Shown here: one piece after another, positions 9,259-18,222 of the stretch
How the letters are laid out: the number at the start of each line of letters is the position of its first letter
How positions within the stretch are numbered: the first letter of the stretch is position 1
Source of the DNA: Vulgatibacter sp.
GTDB taxonomy: Bacteria > Myxococcota > Myxococcia > Myxococcales > Vulgatibacteraceae
Direction of reading: 5' to 3'
Length of the DNA stretch: 64,000 bases
Assembly (NCBI RefSeq): GCF_041687135.1
Contig: NZ_JAWLCN010000015.1
Location: 12,033-76,032, forward strand
Made by a program: the position numbers and the translations under genes
Notes under the pieces: model-generated
The model's database searches: none
The model's input: the letters and a program-made list of their open reading frames with translations, nothing else
What the model was told of the DNA's origin: nothing

Positions 9259-10305
9259 TTGGCCGAAGCCACCTATCGCGTCGAACTCGACGACACCGCC
9301 CTGGTCCAGACCCTTGCCGGCGCCCACAACGAGCATCTGAAACTGCTCGAGCGCCGCACCGGCGCCCGCATCAGCAACCGCGGGACCACCTTCACCGTGG
9401 TCGGCGACGAGCCCCAGGCCCAGCTCGCCGAGCGGGTGCTGCGTGAGCTCTACGGGCTCCTGCGCGCGGGCTACCCCCTCTACCCCGAGGACGTGGAGCA
9501 GGCCGCCAAGGTCCTCTCCGCCCGCAAGGACGTCTCCCTCAAGGAGATCTTCCTCGACACGGTCTACATCTCGAGCCGCAACCGCGTGGTCGCACCCAAG
9601 GGGCTCGGCCAGAAGCGCTACATCGATGCGATCCGCAGCCACGACATCACCTTCGGCATCGGTCCCGCCGGCACCGGCAAGACCTACCTGGCGATGGCGA
9701 TGGCGGTGGCGGCCCTCGCCGAGCGCAAGGTGAAGCGCATCGTGCTCTGCCGTCCCGCGGTGGAGGCGGGCGAGCGGCTGGGCTTCCTTCCCGGCGACAT
9801 CGCCGAGAAGGTGAACCCCTACCTGCGTCCGCTCTACGACGCGCTCAACGACATGATGGATCTCGAGAAGGCCGCCGGCCTGATCGAGAAGGGGACCGTC
9901 GAGGTCGCGCCGCTCGCCTTCATGCGCGGCCGCACCCTGAACGACTCCTTCGTCATCCTCGACGAGGCGCAGAACACCACGCCGGAGCAGATGAAGATGT
10001 TCCTCACCCGCCTCGGCTTCGGCTCGAAGGCGGTGATCACCGGCGACATCACCCAGGTCGATCTTCCCTCGGGCCGCACCTCCGGGCTGGCAGACGCCTC
10101 GGAGGTCCTCACCGACGTGGAGGGGATCGCCTTCTGCCGCTTCACCGAGGTGGACGTCGTCCGCCACCCGCTGGTGCAGCAGGTGGTCCTCGCCTACGAG
10201 GCCTCCGACGCCCGCAAGGCGGCACGGAAGGCGGCCGACGCCTGGGCCCGCAAGGAGCGGGAGCGCGCTCGCGACGGCGAGGAGGCGGCGTCAGCCGCCG
10301 AGTGA
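9259..10305 (+). CDS. phoH: PhoH-family ATPase (YbeZ-like)
   Basis: Walker A is GIGPAGTGKTYLAM. The PhoH core ILDEAQNTTPEQMKMFLTRLGFGSKAVITGDITQVDLP is present. The start is TTG. Confidence 0.9.
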   Translation: MAEATYRVELDDTALVQTLAGAHNEHLKLLERRTGARISNRGTTFTVVGDEPQAQLAERVLRELYGLLRAGYPLYPEDVEQAAKVLSARKDVSLKEIFLDTVYISSRNRVVAPKGLGQKRYIDAIRSHDITFGIGPAGTGKTYLAMAMAVAALAERKVKRIVLCRPAVEAGERLGFLPGDIAEKVNPYLRPLYDALNDMMDLEKAAGLIEKGTVEVAPLAFMRGRTLNDSFVILDEAQNTTPEQMKMFLTRLGFGSKAVITGDITQVDLPSGRTSGLADASEVLTDVEGIAFCRFTEVDVVRHPLVQQVVLAYEASDARKAARKAADAWARKERERARDGEEAASAAE

Positions 10306-10387
10306 TTCACATCCCGTGAACGATGCACTGCGTTGACGGGGCCGGTCGTCCCTGCGACGATCCGGCCCCGATGGAACGCCACCCACC

Positions 10388-12676
10388 ATGACCCAGGCTC
10401 CCAAGCCAGCCGGCGCCCTGCGCGACCGCCTCGGGCAGCTCACCGATCGCGTGGTCGGGGTGCTCCTCCTCCTCGCCCTTGCAGCAGCAGCCTCCGTCGC
10501 CCTGGCGCCGGGGCTCTTCGCGCAGCGCGTGCCCTACGAGGACGCCGACCTCGGCAGCGTAGCCAGCGGCACCCTGAAGGCCAACCGCGACTACGACATC
10601 CCCGACGAGGAGACCACCCGGCGCAAGCGCGAGGAGGCGGTCGCCGCGGTGCGGGCGGTCTACGAACACGACGCAGCCGGGCTCGCTGGCGCGCTGGAGC
10701 GGATCGGCGCCGGCTTCTCCCTGGCCCGGCAGCTGGCCGCGGACCCCGCTGCCCTGGCAGGCGCCCGCGGCGAGATCGAGCGGGCCCTGGGGGCCCGGCT
10801 CGAGGACGCCGAATTCGAGGTGCTGGCGAAGGCCGGCTTCTCCGCCGAGACGCAGGAGGCGGTGACCGAGCTGGTCGCCGGCGCGATGCGCGAGATGGTG
10901 GTGGGGGATCGCGAGGAGCTCTCCCAGCACCGCGACCGTGGCATCGCCATCCTCCGCCGCAGCGGCGGGGGCCGGATCGCGGAGGAGGTCCTCTCCGACG
11001 TCTCCGGGATCCGGGATCTCTCCCGGGTCCGCGACGGCATCGACGCCGAGGCGAAGGAGCTCGCCGGCATCTCGCCGGAGGTGCGGCGCGCCGTGGCCAA
11101 CCTCGCCCGGCGCGAGATCCGGGTGAACTTGAAGCACGACCCCGACCTCACCAGGGAGCGGCGCGAGGATGCCGCCGCTGCGGTGAAGCCGGTGGTGATC
11201 CAGCTGAAGAAGGGCGAGAAGGTCATCGGCGACGGCGAGCGGATCGAGGAGCGCCACCTCGTGATCTTCCGGGGGATGCGCGCCCAGGCGCAGAGCGGCG
11301 ACGTCGCCCAGATCCGCATCGGCGGCGCGCTCTTCGCTTCCCTGGTCGTGGTGGTGCTCGCCGCCTTCGGCGCGGGGCTCTCGCGCCTGCGCCTCGGCAG
11401 GAAGGATCTGCTCCTCCTCGCCTCGGTGCTGGTGGCCACGCTCTTCCTCGCCGATCTCTGGATCGCCGTGGCGGACGTGCTCCGCGAGCGCACGCCCGAG
11501 ATCCCGGTGGAGGCGTGGACCTACGTGATGCCCTTCGCCGCAGCGGCGATGCTGGTGCGCTTCGTAGTGGGCGCCGAGGCGACGTTGCTCTTCGCGGTGG
11601 GGCTCTCGGCGCTGGCAGGCGTCCTCGCCGGCAACTCGCTCCCCGCGGCGTCCTTCACGCTCGTGGGCTGCATCGCCGGCGCCGCGCGGATCCCCCGGGC
11701 GCGGGATCGTGCCGGCGTCTTCCGGGCAGGCCTCTTCGCCGGCCTCGCCCAGGCCTGCGCGGTGCTCTGCTTCGCGCTCTTCAGCGGCAGGATCGCCTCC
11801 TGGGACGTGGTGATCGACGCGGTGGCGGCGCTGATCGGCGGCGCCATCTTCGCGCCGGTGCTGGTGATGTCGCTCCTGCCGCTGGTGGAGGGGCTCTTCC
11901 GCTACACCACCGACCTGCGGCTGCTCGAGCTCGCCAACCTCAACCATCCGGCGCTCAAGGAGCTGATCGTCCAGGCGCCCGGGACCTACCACCACTCGAT
12001 CATCGTCGGGACGCTGGTGGAGGGGGCCGCCGAAGCGATCGGCGCCAATCCGCTCCTGGCCAAGGTCTGCGCCTACTACCACGACCTCGGAAAGGGCCGG
12101 AACCCGCTCTATTTCGGCGAGAACCAGAAGGGCAGCAACCGGCACGACGATCTGCCGCCGGAGGAGTCGGCGCGGCTGATCATCGAGCACGTGCAGCGGG
12201 GGCTCGAGATCGCCCGGAAGTACAACCTGCCGAAGCAGGTGGCCGACGGGATCCCCGAGCACCACGGCACCCGCCTCGTCGGCTACTTCTTCCACAAGGC
12301 GCTCAAGGCCCGGGAGGCCGGCGGCCCGCAGGTGGACCCCGACCTTTTCCGCTACGCGGGCCCCAAGCCGCAGTCGCGGGAGACGGCGCTGATCATGATG
12401 GCCGACGCGGTGGAGGCGGCGTCGCGGGCGATGCCGGATCCCTCGCCGGAGAAGCTCGAGGCCCTGGTCCAGAAGCTGATCAACGGGATCTTCTCCGACG
12501 GCCAGCTCGACGAATGCGACCTCACGCTCAAGGATCTCTCGGCCATCGCCCGGAGCTTCTGCAGGACGCTGGGCGGCATCTACCACTCGCGGCCCGACTA
12601 CCCGGCCGCGGCGAAGGGGCCGCAGGCGCAGCTCGAAGCTGGCGCCGGCACCTCGGCGAACAAGGTCGCGCGGTAG
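10388..12676 (+). CDS. 7TM-receptor HD-domain phosphohydrolase (YqfF-like, HDIG)
   Basis: 762 aa with an extracellular N-domain, about 7 TM helices, and then an HD domain (YHHSIIVGTLVEGAAEAIGANPLLAKVCAYYHDLGK). It sits between phoH and ybeY, as in the Bacillus yqfE-yqfF-yqfG arrangement. Confidence 0.85.
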   Translation: MTQAPKPAGALRDRLGQLTDRVVGVLLLLALAAAASVALAPGLFAQRVPYEDADLGSVASGTLKANRDYDIPDEETTRRKREEAVAAVRAVYEHDAAGLAGALERIGAGFSLARQLAADPAALAGARGEIERALGARLEDAEFEVLAKAGFSAETQEAVTELVAGAMREMVVGDREELSQHRDRGIAILRRSGGGRIAEEVLSDVSGIRDLSRVRDGIDAEAKELAGISPEVRRAVANLARREIRVNLKHDPDLTRERREDAAAAVKPVVIQLKKGEKVIGDGERIEERHLVIFRGMRAQAQSGDVAQIRIGGALFASLVVVVLAAFGAGLSRLRLGRKDLLLLASVLVATLFLADLWIAVADVLRERTPEIPVEAWTYVMPFAAAAMLVRFVVGAEATLLFAVGLSALAGVLAGNSLPAASFTLVGCIAGAARIPRARDRAGVFRAGLFAGLAQACAVLCFALFSGRIASWDVVIDAVAALIGGAIFAPVLVMSLLPLVEGLFRYTTDLRLLELANLNHPALKELIVQAPGTYHHSIIVGTLVEGAAEAIGANPLLAKVCAYYHDLGKGRNPLYFGENQKGSNRHDDLPPEESARLIIEHVQRGLEIARKYNLPKQVADGIPEHHGTRLVGYFFHKALKAREAGGPQVDPDLFRYAGPKPQSRETALIMMADAVEAASRAMPDPSPEKLEALVQKLINGIFSDGQLDECDLTLKDLSAIARSFCRTLGGIYHSRPDYPAAAKGPQAQLEAGAGTSANKVAR

Positions 12677-12729
12677 GCGTACTTCCGGTCGGTTGCCCGG
12701 GCGCGTGCGAGAGGGCAGAGTTGCGCCCC

Positions 12730-13668
12730 ATGTCGCAGCGAAACCTCAAGCCCTGGCTCTCCCGCATCGCCTCCAACACCCCCACCGTGCCGATCGCCGA
12801 CGCCGACAGCGGCTGCACGATCTGGCTCAAGCTCGAATACCTGTGTCCCTCGGGCTCGACCAAGGACCGCGTGGCGACCTTCGTCCTCTCCCACGCCGTG
12901 GCGAGCGGCGCGCTGGGGCCGGATTCGGTGGTGGTCGAGGCCTCGAGCGGCTCCACCTCGATCGCCTTCGCTGCGGCCTGCGCCATGGTCGGCGTGAAGT
13001 TCGTGGCCGTGATGCCCCGGGGCGTCAGCGGCGAGCGACTCCTCATCATCCGGCGCTACGGCGGCGAGGTGATCCTCACCGATCCCGAGCGCGGGGTCCT
13101 CGGCTCGATCGAGGAGACCCGGGCGATGGCGGCGAAGGATCCGCACATCTACCTGCCCCGGCAGTTCGAGAACCCCTTGAACGCCATCGCCCACCAGCGC
13201 GCCACCGGCCCCGAGCTCCTCGCGCAGGTGGACGGCACCATCCACGGTTTCGTCGCCGGCGTCGGCACCGGCGGCACGCTGATGGGGATCGCCTCCGCCC
13301 TGCGCGAGGCGGGCCACCCCACGCGGATCGCCGCCGCGAAGCCGGAGAAAGGCGTCTGCTTCGAGGGGCAGCCCGAGATCTGCGGCGGCATCCCCGGGGT
13401 GGTCGACGGCCTCTCGGCGATCCTCGACGCGGAGAAGATCGGCCTCGAGGAGCCGATCCGGGTGAGCGATTGGGAGGCGGTCTCCGCTGCCCGGGAGCTC
13501 TGCAAGCGCGGTTTCCCGGTGGGGCCCTCGAGCGGGTTGAACTACGCCGCGGCCAGGAAGTTGGCGCTCGAGCTCGGACCGGGGCACAACGTAGCCACCG
13601 TGCTCTGCGATCGGATGGAGCGGTATTTCTCCACCGACCTCTTCGCCGATCTGCAGAAGAAGGGATAG
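12730..13668 (+). CDS. cysteine synthase / PLP-dependent beta-replacement enzyme family
   Basis: This is the tail of track ORF 10333..13668, starting at ATG 12730. The PLP-lysine motif is LEYLCPSGSTKDRVA. The glycine loop is GVGTGGTLMG. The length is 312 aa. Confidence 0.8.
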   Translation: MSQRNLKPWLSRIASNTPTVPIADADSGCTIWLKLEYLCPSGSTKDRVATFVLSHAVASGALGPDSVVVEASSGSTSIAFAAACAMVGVKFVAVMPRGVSGERLLIIRRYGGEVILTDPERGVLGSIEETRAMAAKDPHIYLPRQFENPLNAIAHQRATGPELLAQVDGTIHGFVAGVGTGGTLMGIASALREAGHPTRIAAAKPEKGVCFEGQPEICGGIPGVVDGLSAILDAEKIGLEEPIRVSDWEAVSAARELCKRGFPVGPSSGLNYAAARKLALELGPGHNVATVLCDRMERYFSTDLFADLQKKG

Positions 13669-13674
13669 CGCCCC

Positions 13675-14202
13675 TTGGCCACCGTCCACCTCAACCTCGA
13701 GCACCCCGAAGGCGGCTACGCCGCCCGCGTGGTCCGCGCCAGGGCCCACGAGTATCTCGACAAGCTCGGGATGCAGGGCGCCGAGGTCTCGATCCTGCTC
13801 ACCACGGATCCGCGGATCCGCAAGCTCAACAGGCAGTTCCGGGGGAAGGACAAGGCCACCGACGTGCTCTCCTTCCCTGCAGGGGATCTCCCCTCGATCC
13901 CCGGCGTGCCGCTCTTCGTCGGGGATGTCGCCATCTCCCTCGACACCGCCAGGCGCCGCGCCGTCGAGGACGGCAGGAGCCTCGCCTTCGAACTGTCGCG
14001 GTATCTCGCCCACGGTCTGCTGCATCTGCTCGGCTACGACCACGAGAAGTCGGAGCGGGCGGCGCGGGTGATGGCCCGCAGGGAGGCGGAGCTGCTGGGG
14101 GTCCCCGGCATGCTCGACGACGCCAGCGGCGTCGGGCCTTCTCGCGAGAAGAAGAGCCGGGTAGAAGGGGAGGGGCGGCCGCCCCGTCGGAGGAAGCCAT
14201 GA
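13675..14202 (+). CDS. ybeY: rRNA maturation endoribonuclease YbeY
   Basis: The metal-binding motif is HGLLHLLGYDHE. The start is TTG. Confidence 0.9.
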   Translation: MATVHLNLEHPEGGYAARVVRARAHEYLDKLGMQGAEVSILLTTDPRIRKLNRQFRGKDKATDVLSFPAGDLPSIPGVPLFVGDVAISLDTARRRAVEDGRSLAFELSRYLAHGLLHLLGYDHEKSERAARVMARREAELLGVPGMLDDASGVGPSREKKSRVEGEGRPPRRRKP

Positions 14203-14594
14203 GCAGCCAGTTCGAGATCGATTACGACGCAGAGGCCGTTTGGCTCGACGAGAAGTGGTTCACCCGCGACGAGCTCGCCGGCAGGATCAAGTCGATGATC
14301 GAGGGCGGCGACTACCGGCTCGCCCGTCCGTCCGCAGCGTTGGAACGGCTCGAGTCGGCGATGGCGCAGGCGCGGGTGGTGGCGGCCCGGGTGGCCCCGG
14401 AGCTCGCCGAGGCGGTGGAGCAGGCTGCCGACGACGCGGGGCGACCGGTGAGCGCGCTCATCCGCGAGGCCCTCGCCTACTACCTCTCCGCGCAGGCCGC
14501 AGAGGCAAGGCCCGCCGGCGAGGATTTTCCGGTGGTGGAGGAGCACGTGGCCCTCGACGACCCGGAGATGGAGAAGAGCCTGCTCGCGCGTTGA
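14199..14594 (+). CDS. hypothetical protein with C-terminal ribbon-helix-helix (CopG/Arc-like) segment
   Basis: This is the tail of track ORF 12693..14594. ATG 14199 overlaps the ybeY TGA (ATGA). The RHH-like segment is VVAARVAPELAEAVEQAADDAGRPVSALIREALAYYL. Confidence 0.55.
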   Translation: MSSQFEIDYDAEAVWLDEKWFTRDELAGRIKSMIEGGDYRLARPSAALERLESAMAQARVVAARVAPELAEAVEQAADDAGRPVSALIREALAYYLSAQAAEARPAGEDFPVVEEHVALDDPEMEKSLLAR

Positions 14595-14624
14595 GGCGAT
14601 TCTCGGTATGAGGGGCGCTCCGCT

Positions 14625-14649
14625 CCTTTCCTGCAGCGGGCAGGAAGGG
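14625..14649 (+). terminator. weak candidate terminator hairpin after the RHH gene
   Basis: CCTTTCCTGC (14625-14634) pairs with GCAGGAAGGG (14640-14649) with one G-U pair. No immediate U-run follows. Confidence 0.3.
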
Positions 14650-14701
14650 CGGGGCGCTTCGTGTTCCTCTACATCCAACCGACCCCAGGAGAAGTTTCGA
14701 G

Positions 14702-15821
14702 ATGGCTGACGATATCCGCGGGCGAATCGAAGACCTGAAGACGCGGCTCGAATCGCTCCGGAGGGGGCTTTGACGTAGAGCCCCAGCGCCGCCGCGTCGA
14801 CGAGATCGAGCAGTTGTCCGTGCAGCCCGACTTCTGGAACGACCAGAAGCAGGCGCAGGCCCTCACCAAGGAGAAGTCCCGCTGCGAGGACGTGGTGAAG
14901 GCGTGGGACAAGGAGTGGAACGGGCTGGAGGATGCGCAGGCGCTCCTCGAGCTCGCCGAGGAGGCGGACGACGAGGAGACGAGGACCGAGGCGGCAGCCT
15001 CCTTGGACGCCCTCGAAGAAGGGGTCCGCGGCCTCGAGTTCCGCCGCATGCTCTCCGGGCAGAACGATCGCGCGGACGCCATCATCGAGATCAACTCCGG
15101 CGCCGGCGGCACCGAGTCGATGGACTGGGCCTCGATGCTCCTGCGCATGTACACGCGCTATTGCGAGCGCCGGGGCTGGGAGGTGGAGATCGCCGACTAC
15201 ACCGAGGGCGAAGAGGCGGGGCTCAAGTCCTGCTCGATCCTCGTGCGCGGCGAATACGCCTACGGCTTCCTCAAGGCGGAGGCGGGTGTGCATCGCCTCG
15301 TTCGGATCTCGCCCTTCGACGCGGCGGCAAGGCGGCAGACCTCGTTCACCTCGGTCTTCGTCTACCCGGACATCGAGGAGGACATCGAGATCGACATCAA
15401 CCCTGCCGACGTCCGCACCGACTACTACCGGGCCTCCGGCGCCGGCGGGCAGAAGGTGAACAAGACCTCGTCGGCGGTGCGCCTCACCCACGAGCCCACC
15501 GGCATCGTGGTGGCGGTGCAGAACGAGCGCTCCCAGCACAAGAACAAGGACATCGCCTGGAAGATCCTCCGGGCGCGTCTCTACGAGCTCGAGGAGAAGA
15601 AGCGCAACGCCGAGAAGCAGGCGCTCGAGGAGACCAAGAGCGACATCGGCTGGGGCAACCAGATCCGCTCGTACGTGCTCGCTCCCTACCGGCTGGTGAA
15701 GGACATCCGCACCGGCGAGGAGACGGGGCAGGTGGACAAGGTCCTCGACGGCGAGCTGCAGGCCTTCCTCGAGGCCTATCTGCTCGGGAAGAAGAACCCG
15801 AGCAAGGCGCTGCCGGAGTAG
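14702..15821 (+). CDS. prfB: peptide chain release factor 2, requires +1 frameshift: join(14702..14770,14772..15821)
   Basis: Frame 0 reads MADDIRGRIEDLKTRLESLRRGL then TGA (14771-14773). The +1 frame continues DVEPQRRRVDEIEQLSVQPDFWNDQKQAQAL... into track ORF 14814..15821, which carries SPF and GGQ (RASGAGGQKVNKTSSAVRLTH). Confidence 0.93.
14762..14774 (+). promoter_or_regulatory. prfB programmed +1 frameshift site
   Basis: AGGGGG (SD-like) is followed by CTT TGA C, identical in architecture to the canonical RF2 autoregulatory site. Confidence 0.9.
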
Positions 15822-15845
15822 CTCGGCGCCTCGCGCCGGAACGAG

Positions 15846-15890
15846 AAGGCCCGCCACCGGCTGCTGCCGGGGCGGGCCTTTTCTGCTTCT
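15846..15890 (+). terminator. rho-independent terminator of prfB
   Basis: AAGGCCCGCCaCCGGC tgc tGCCGGGGCGGGCCTT is followed by TTCTGCTTCT. It lies between convergent prfB and the collagen-like gene. Confidence 0.7.
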
Positions 15891-15907
15891 GCCGTTCGGC
15901 GGAGCGA

Positions 15908-17590
15908 TCAGGGGAGGAGCAGGAGCTCGGGCTCCGGCGCCACCCGGGTGATGACGTGGCCGGCGCCGCCGGCGGTGGGGGCGACGAGGGGGCCGCCGAA
16001 GGTGACCTGGCCGCCGCCGAGCCCGCCGTTGCCGCCGCAGGCGCCGCCGCCGTTGCCCACGTTGGTGAAGGTGCCCCCGACGGCGTTCGCTCCCGCAGCG
16101 CCGCCGAGGGCCTGCACGGTGCCGGTGACCGTGGGGGAGAGCGACGAGAGGAGCTGGACGATACCGCCGCCACCGCCGCCGCCGGCGCCCTCGCCGTTGC
16201 CGCCGCTGGTGGAGGGGCTGGCGCCGTTGCCGCCGTTGGCGCGGACGGTGCCGCCGATGGTGAGGCCGGTCTTGCCGAGGAGGGTGATCACGCCGCCGGC
16301 GCCGCCGCCGGTGCCGATGACGTCCACGGCGCCGGTGCCATTGGCGCCGTTCGCGTTGACGATGGCGCCGGCCATGATCCGCAGGTCGCCGCCGGCGAGG
16401 AGGGCGACGGTGCCGCCGCCCTCGCCGCCAGCGCCGTTGGTGGGGCGTGCGCCGGCGCCGGCGCCGGGGAGCTGTCCGACGGGGAGGGTCGCTGCCGGGG
16501 GGGCAGCGAGGCCGATGCCGCCGTGGTGGAGGCCGGCGCCGCCCCTGGCGACGCCCTGCGGTGCGGAGCCGCCGGGCGTGGCGACGGCGCCTGGCGCAAC
16601 GGTGATGGTGCCCGTCACGGTGATTTCGCCGGTGGCGCGGATCACGGTGCCGGAGGGGACGATCAGGTTGCCCGCGATGGTGATGGAGGTGAACTGCAGA
16701 TTCGCGCCGGCGGGGAGGGAGGCGTAGGCGGCGGTGGTGGTGAGGTCGAGCGTCTGGCCGAGGGCGAGGGAGAGGGAGCCCGCGGAGCCGTCGCCATAGA
16801 TGCGCTGGGAGCCGGACAGGCCCGGGGAGCCGGCCTCGCCCTGCGGGCCCTGCGGCCCCACCGGGCCGACGTCGCCCTGCGGACCGATGGCGCCCTGCAC
16901 GCCCTGCGGCCCCTGCGGGCCGGTGTCACCCTGGAGGCCCTGCGGTCCGATCGGGCCGGTGAGGCCCTGCTCGCCCTGCGGCCCCTGCGGGCCGATGTCG
17001 CCGCGGGGGCCCTGGGCGCCCTGCGGACCGGCCTCGCCCTGCGGGCCGACCGGGCCCTGGATCCCCTGGGGGCCGACGGCGCCGTTGCAGACGAGGCGGG
17101 TGAGGCTCTCGTCGATCTCCACGTCGTCGAGGAGGCCGCTGGCGTCGAGGTCGAGGCCCGCCTCGATTCGCACGCCGCCGGTGGGGCAGCCCTCGCCCGG
17201 CGCCTCCGGCGTGTTGCGGAAGAGGGCGTGGAGCCCTGCGGCGCCGGTGGCGCCCTGCGGGCCCTCGACGCCGTTGCAGACGTAGCGGCGCGTGGATCCG
17301 TCGATCTCGCCGTCGGCGAGGAAGCCGTCGCCGTCCCCGTCGAGGCCGGAGACGAGCAGCGTCCCACCGGCGGGGCAGTTGGCGCCGGCGGGCTCCTCCG
17401 CCGTGCGGGTGAGGGCGTTGCGGCCGTTCACGCCGGCGGGACCCACGGGGCCGATGGAACCGGCGGGGCCCGCGGGGCCGGCGTCACCGGTGTTGCCGGT
17501 GTCGCCCATTTCGCCTGCGCAGGCGGTGAAGAGCAGAGCGGTGGAGAGGAGCACGCGCGTCGCACGTGCAGGCGGCAGAATCGAGGACAT
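15908..17590 (-). CDS. collagen-like triple-helix-repeat lipoprotein with C-terminal Gly-rich beta-helix-like domain
   Basis: Track ORF 15908..17647. The start is moved to ATG 17590 ([24 protein letters not shown], lipobox). It has 10 GXY triplets, two Cys-bracketed DGDGDG/acidic modules, and 30 uninterrupted GXY triplets. A 300-aa Gly/Ala/Thr-rich region follows. Confidence 0.75.
   Translation of the reverse strand: MSSILPPARATRVLLSTALLFTACAGEMGDTGNTGDAGPAGPAGSIGPVGPAGVNGRNALTRTAEEPAGANCPAGGTLLVSGLDGDGDGFLADGEIDGSTRRYVCNGVEGPQGATGAAGLHALFRNTPEAPGEGCPTGGVRIEAGLDLDASGLLDDVEIDESLTRLVCNGAVGPQGIQGPVGPQGEAGPQGAQGPRGDIGPQGPQGEQGLTGPIGPQGLQGDTGPQGPQGVQGAIGPQGDVGPVGPQGPQGEAGSPGLSGSQRIYGDGSAGSLSLALGQTLDLTTTAAYASLPAGANLQFTSITIAGNLIVPSGTVIRATGEITVTGTITVAPGAVATPGGSAPQGVARGGAGLHHGGIGLAAPPAATLPVGQLPGAGAGARPTNGAGGEGGGTVALLAGGDLRIMAGAIVNANGANGTGAVDVIGTGGGAGGVITLLGKTGLTIGGTVRANGGNGASPSTSGGNGEGAGGGGGGGIVQLLSSLSPTVTGTVQALGGAAGANAVGGTFTNVGNGGGACGGNGGLGGGQVTFGGPLVAPTAGGAGHVITRVAPEPELLLLP
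16814..17083 (-). repeat. 30 uninterrupted Gly-X-Y codon triplets (mostly GPQ) inside the collagen-like gene
   Basis: [90 protein letters not shown]. The 9-nt periodicity is visible in the DNA. Confidence 0.9.
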
Positions 17591-17697
17591 CCGGACTCCC
17601 GTGGAATGGACGCGCGCACCCTCTTGCGAGTCGGCCCCGGAGGTCAAGGGGCGATGGGTGCAAGCGGATGACGCGTGCTGTGGGAGATTCGCCGCGG

Positions 17698-18111
17698 CTA
17701 CTCCTTGGCGGGCTCAGGCGGCGCGGTGGCGCGGGGCGCCAGACCGAAGGCGGAGCGGAGGAGCACGTCGCCCTTCTCGAAGCGGATGGTGGGGCCCTTG
17801 CCGAAGAGCGAATCGACCTCCTGCGGATCGACGGCGTTCGGGGTGACCACCAGCTGCGGCAGCGGGCGCTGCGCGAGCTTCTCCGGCGAGAGCGGCTCGC
17901 CGGCGGCGATCGGCTCGGTGACGATCACCGCCTGGGCGAGGCCGTACTCCGCCGCCAATTCCTTCTGGCGGAGGTTGAGCGCCACCCAGGCGACGAAGCC
18001 GGCGATCATCGAGGCGAGGGCGAGGCCGACGACGAAGCCGACGACCATGCCGCCGGTGATCTCGGGCCATTTGTACTTGCGGGGCTGCTGCTGTTCGGTC
18101 TGGGGAGTCAT
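17698..18111 (-). CDS. small membrane-anchored SAF-domain protein (CpaB N-terminal-like)
   Basis: This is the tail of track ORF 17698..19248, starting at ATG 18111. It has one TM (GGMVVGFVVGLALASMIAGFVAWVAL). A SAF-like region follows (AVIVTEPIAAGEPLSPEKL...GPTIRFEKGDVLLRSAF). The length is 137 aa. Confidence 0.55.
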   Translation of the reverse strand: MTPQTEQQQPRKYKWPEITGGMVVGFVVGLALASMIAGFVAWVALNLRQKELAAEYGLAQAVIVTEPIAAGEPLSPEKLAQRPLPQLVVTPNAVDPQEVDSLFGKGPTIRFEKGDVLLRSAFGLAPRATAPPEPAKE

Positions 18112-18161
18112 GGCGGCGCGCAAGCTAACAGGTTTCGTCTCGCCGGGGGGCCGATCGAGGC

Positions 18162-18187
18162 GGAACCTTCGGCGCCCGCCCGTTGTC
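18162..18187 (+). promoter_or_regulatory. candidate ECF-type (autoregulatory) promoter
   Basis: GGAAC (18162-18166) is followed 14 nt later by CGTTGTC (18181-18187), about 35 nt upstream of the ECF sigma ATG. The spacing is not a perfect match to any ECF consensus I know. Confidence 0.3.
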
Positions 18188-18222
18188 CGATAGGGTGAAG
18201 GCCCTGCAGCCGAGGAGGACCG

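Noticed and set aside
10307-12586. 759-aa minus-strand ORF
   Set aside because: It is antisense to the 7TM-HD gene, whose HD motif and TM pattern are clear.
17005-17013. RGD tripeptide inside the collagen-like repeat (GPRGDIGPQ)
   Set aside because: It is expected by chance in a GXY run. There is no basis for inferring integrin-type binding in a bacterium of unknown lifestyle.
14903-17671. 922-aa plus-strand ORF
   Set aside because: It is out of frame with prfB and then antisense to the collagen-like gene. Its Gly/Ala/Arg runs are the mirror image of the GXY repeats.
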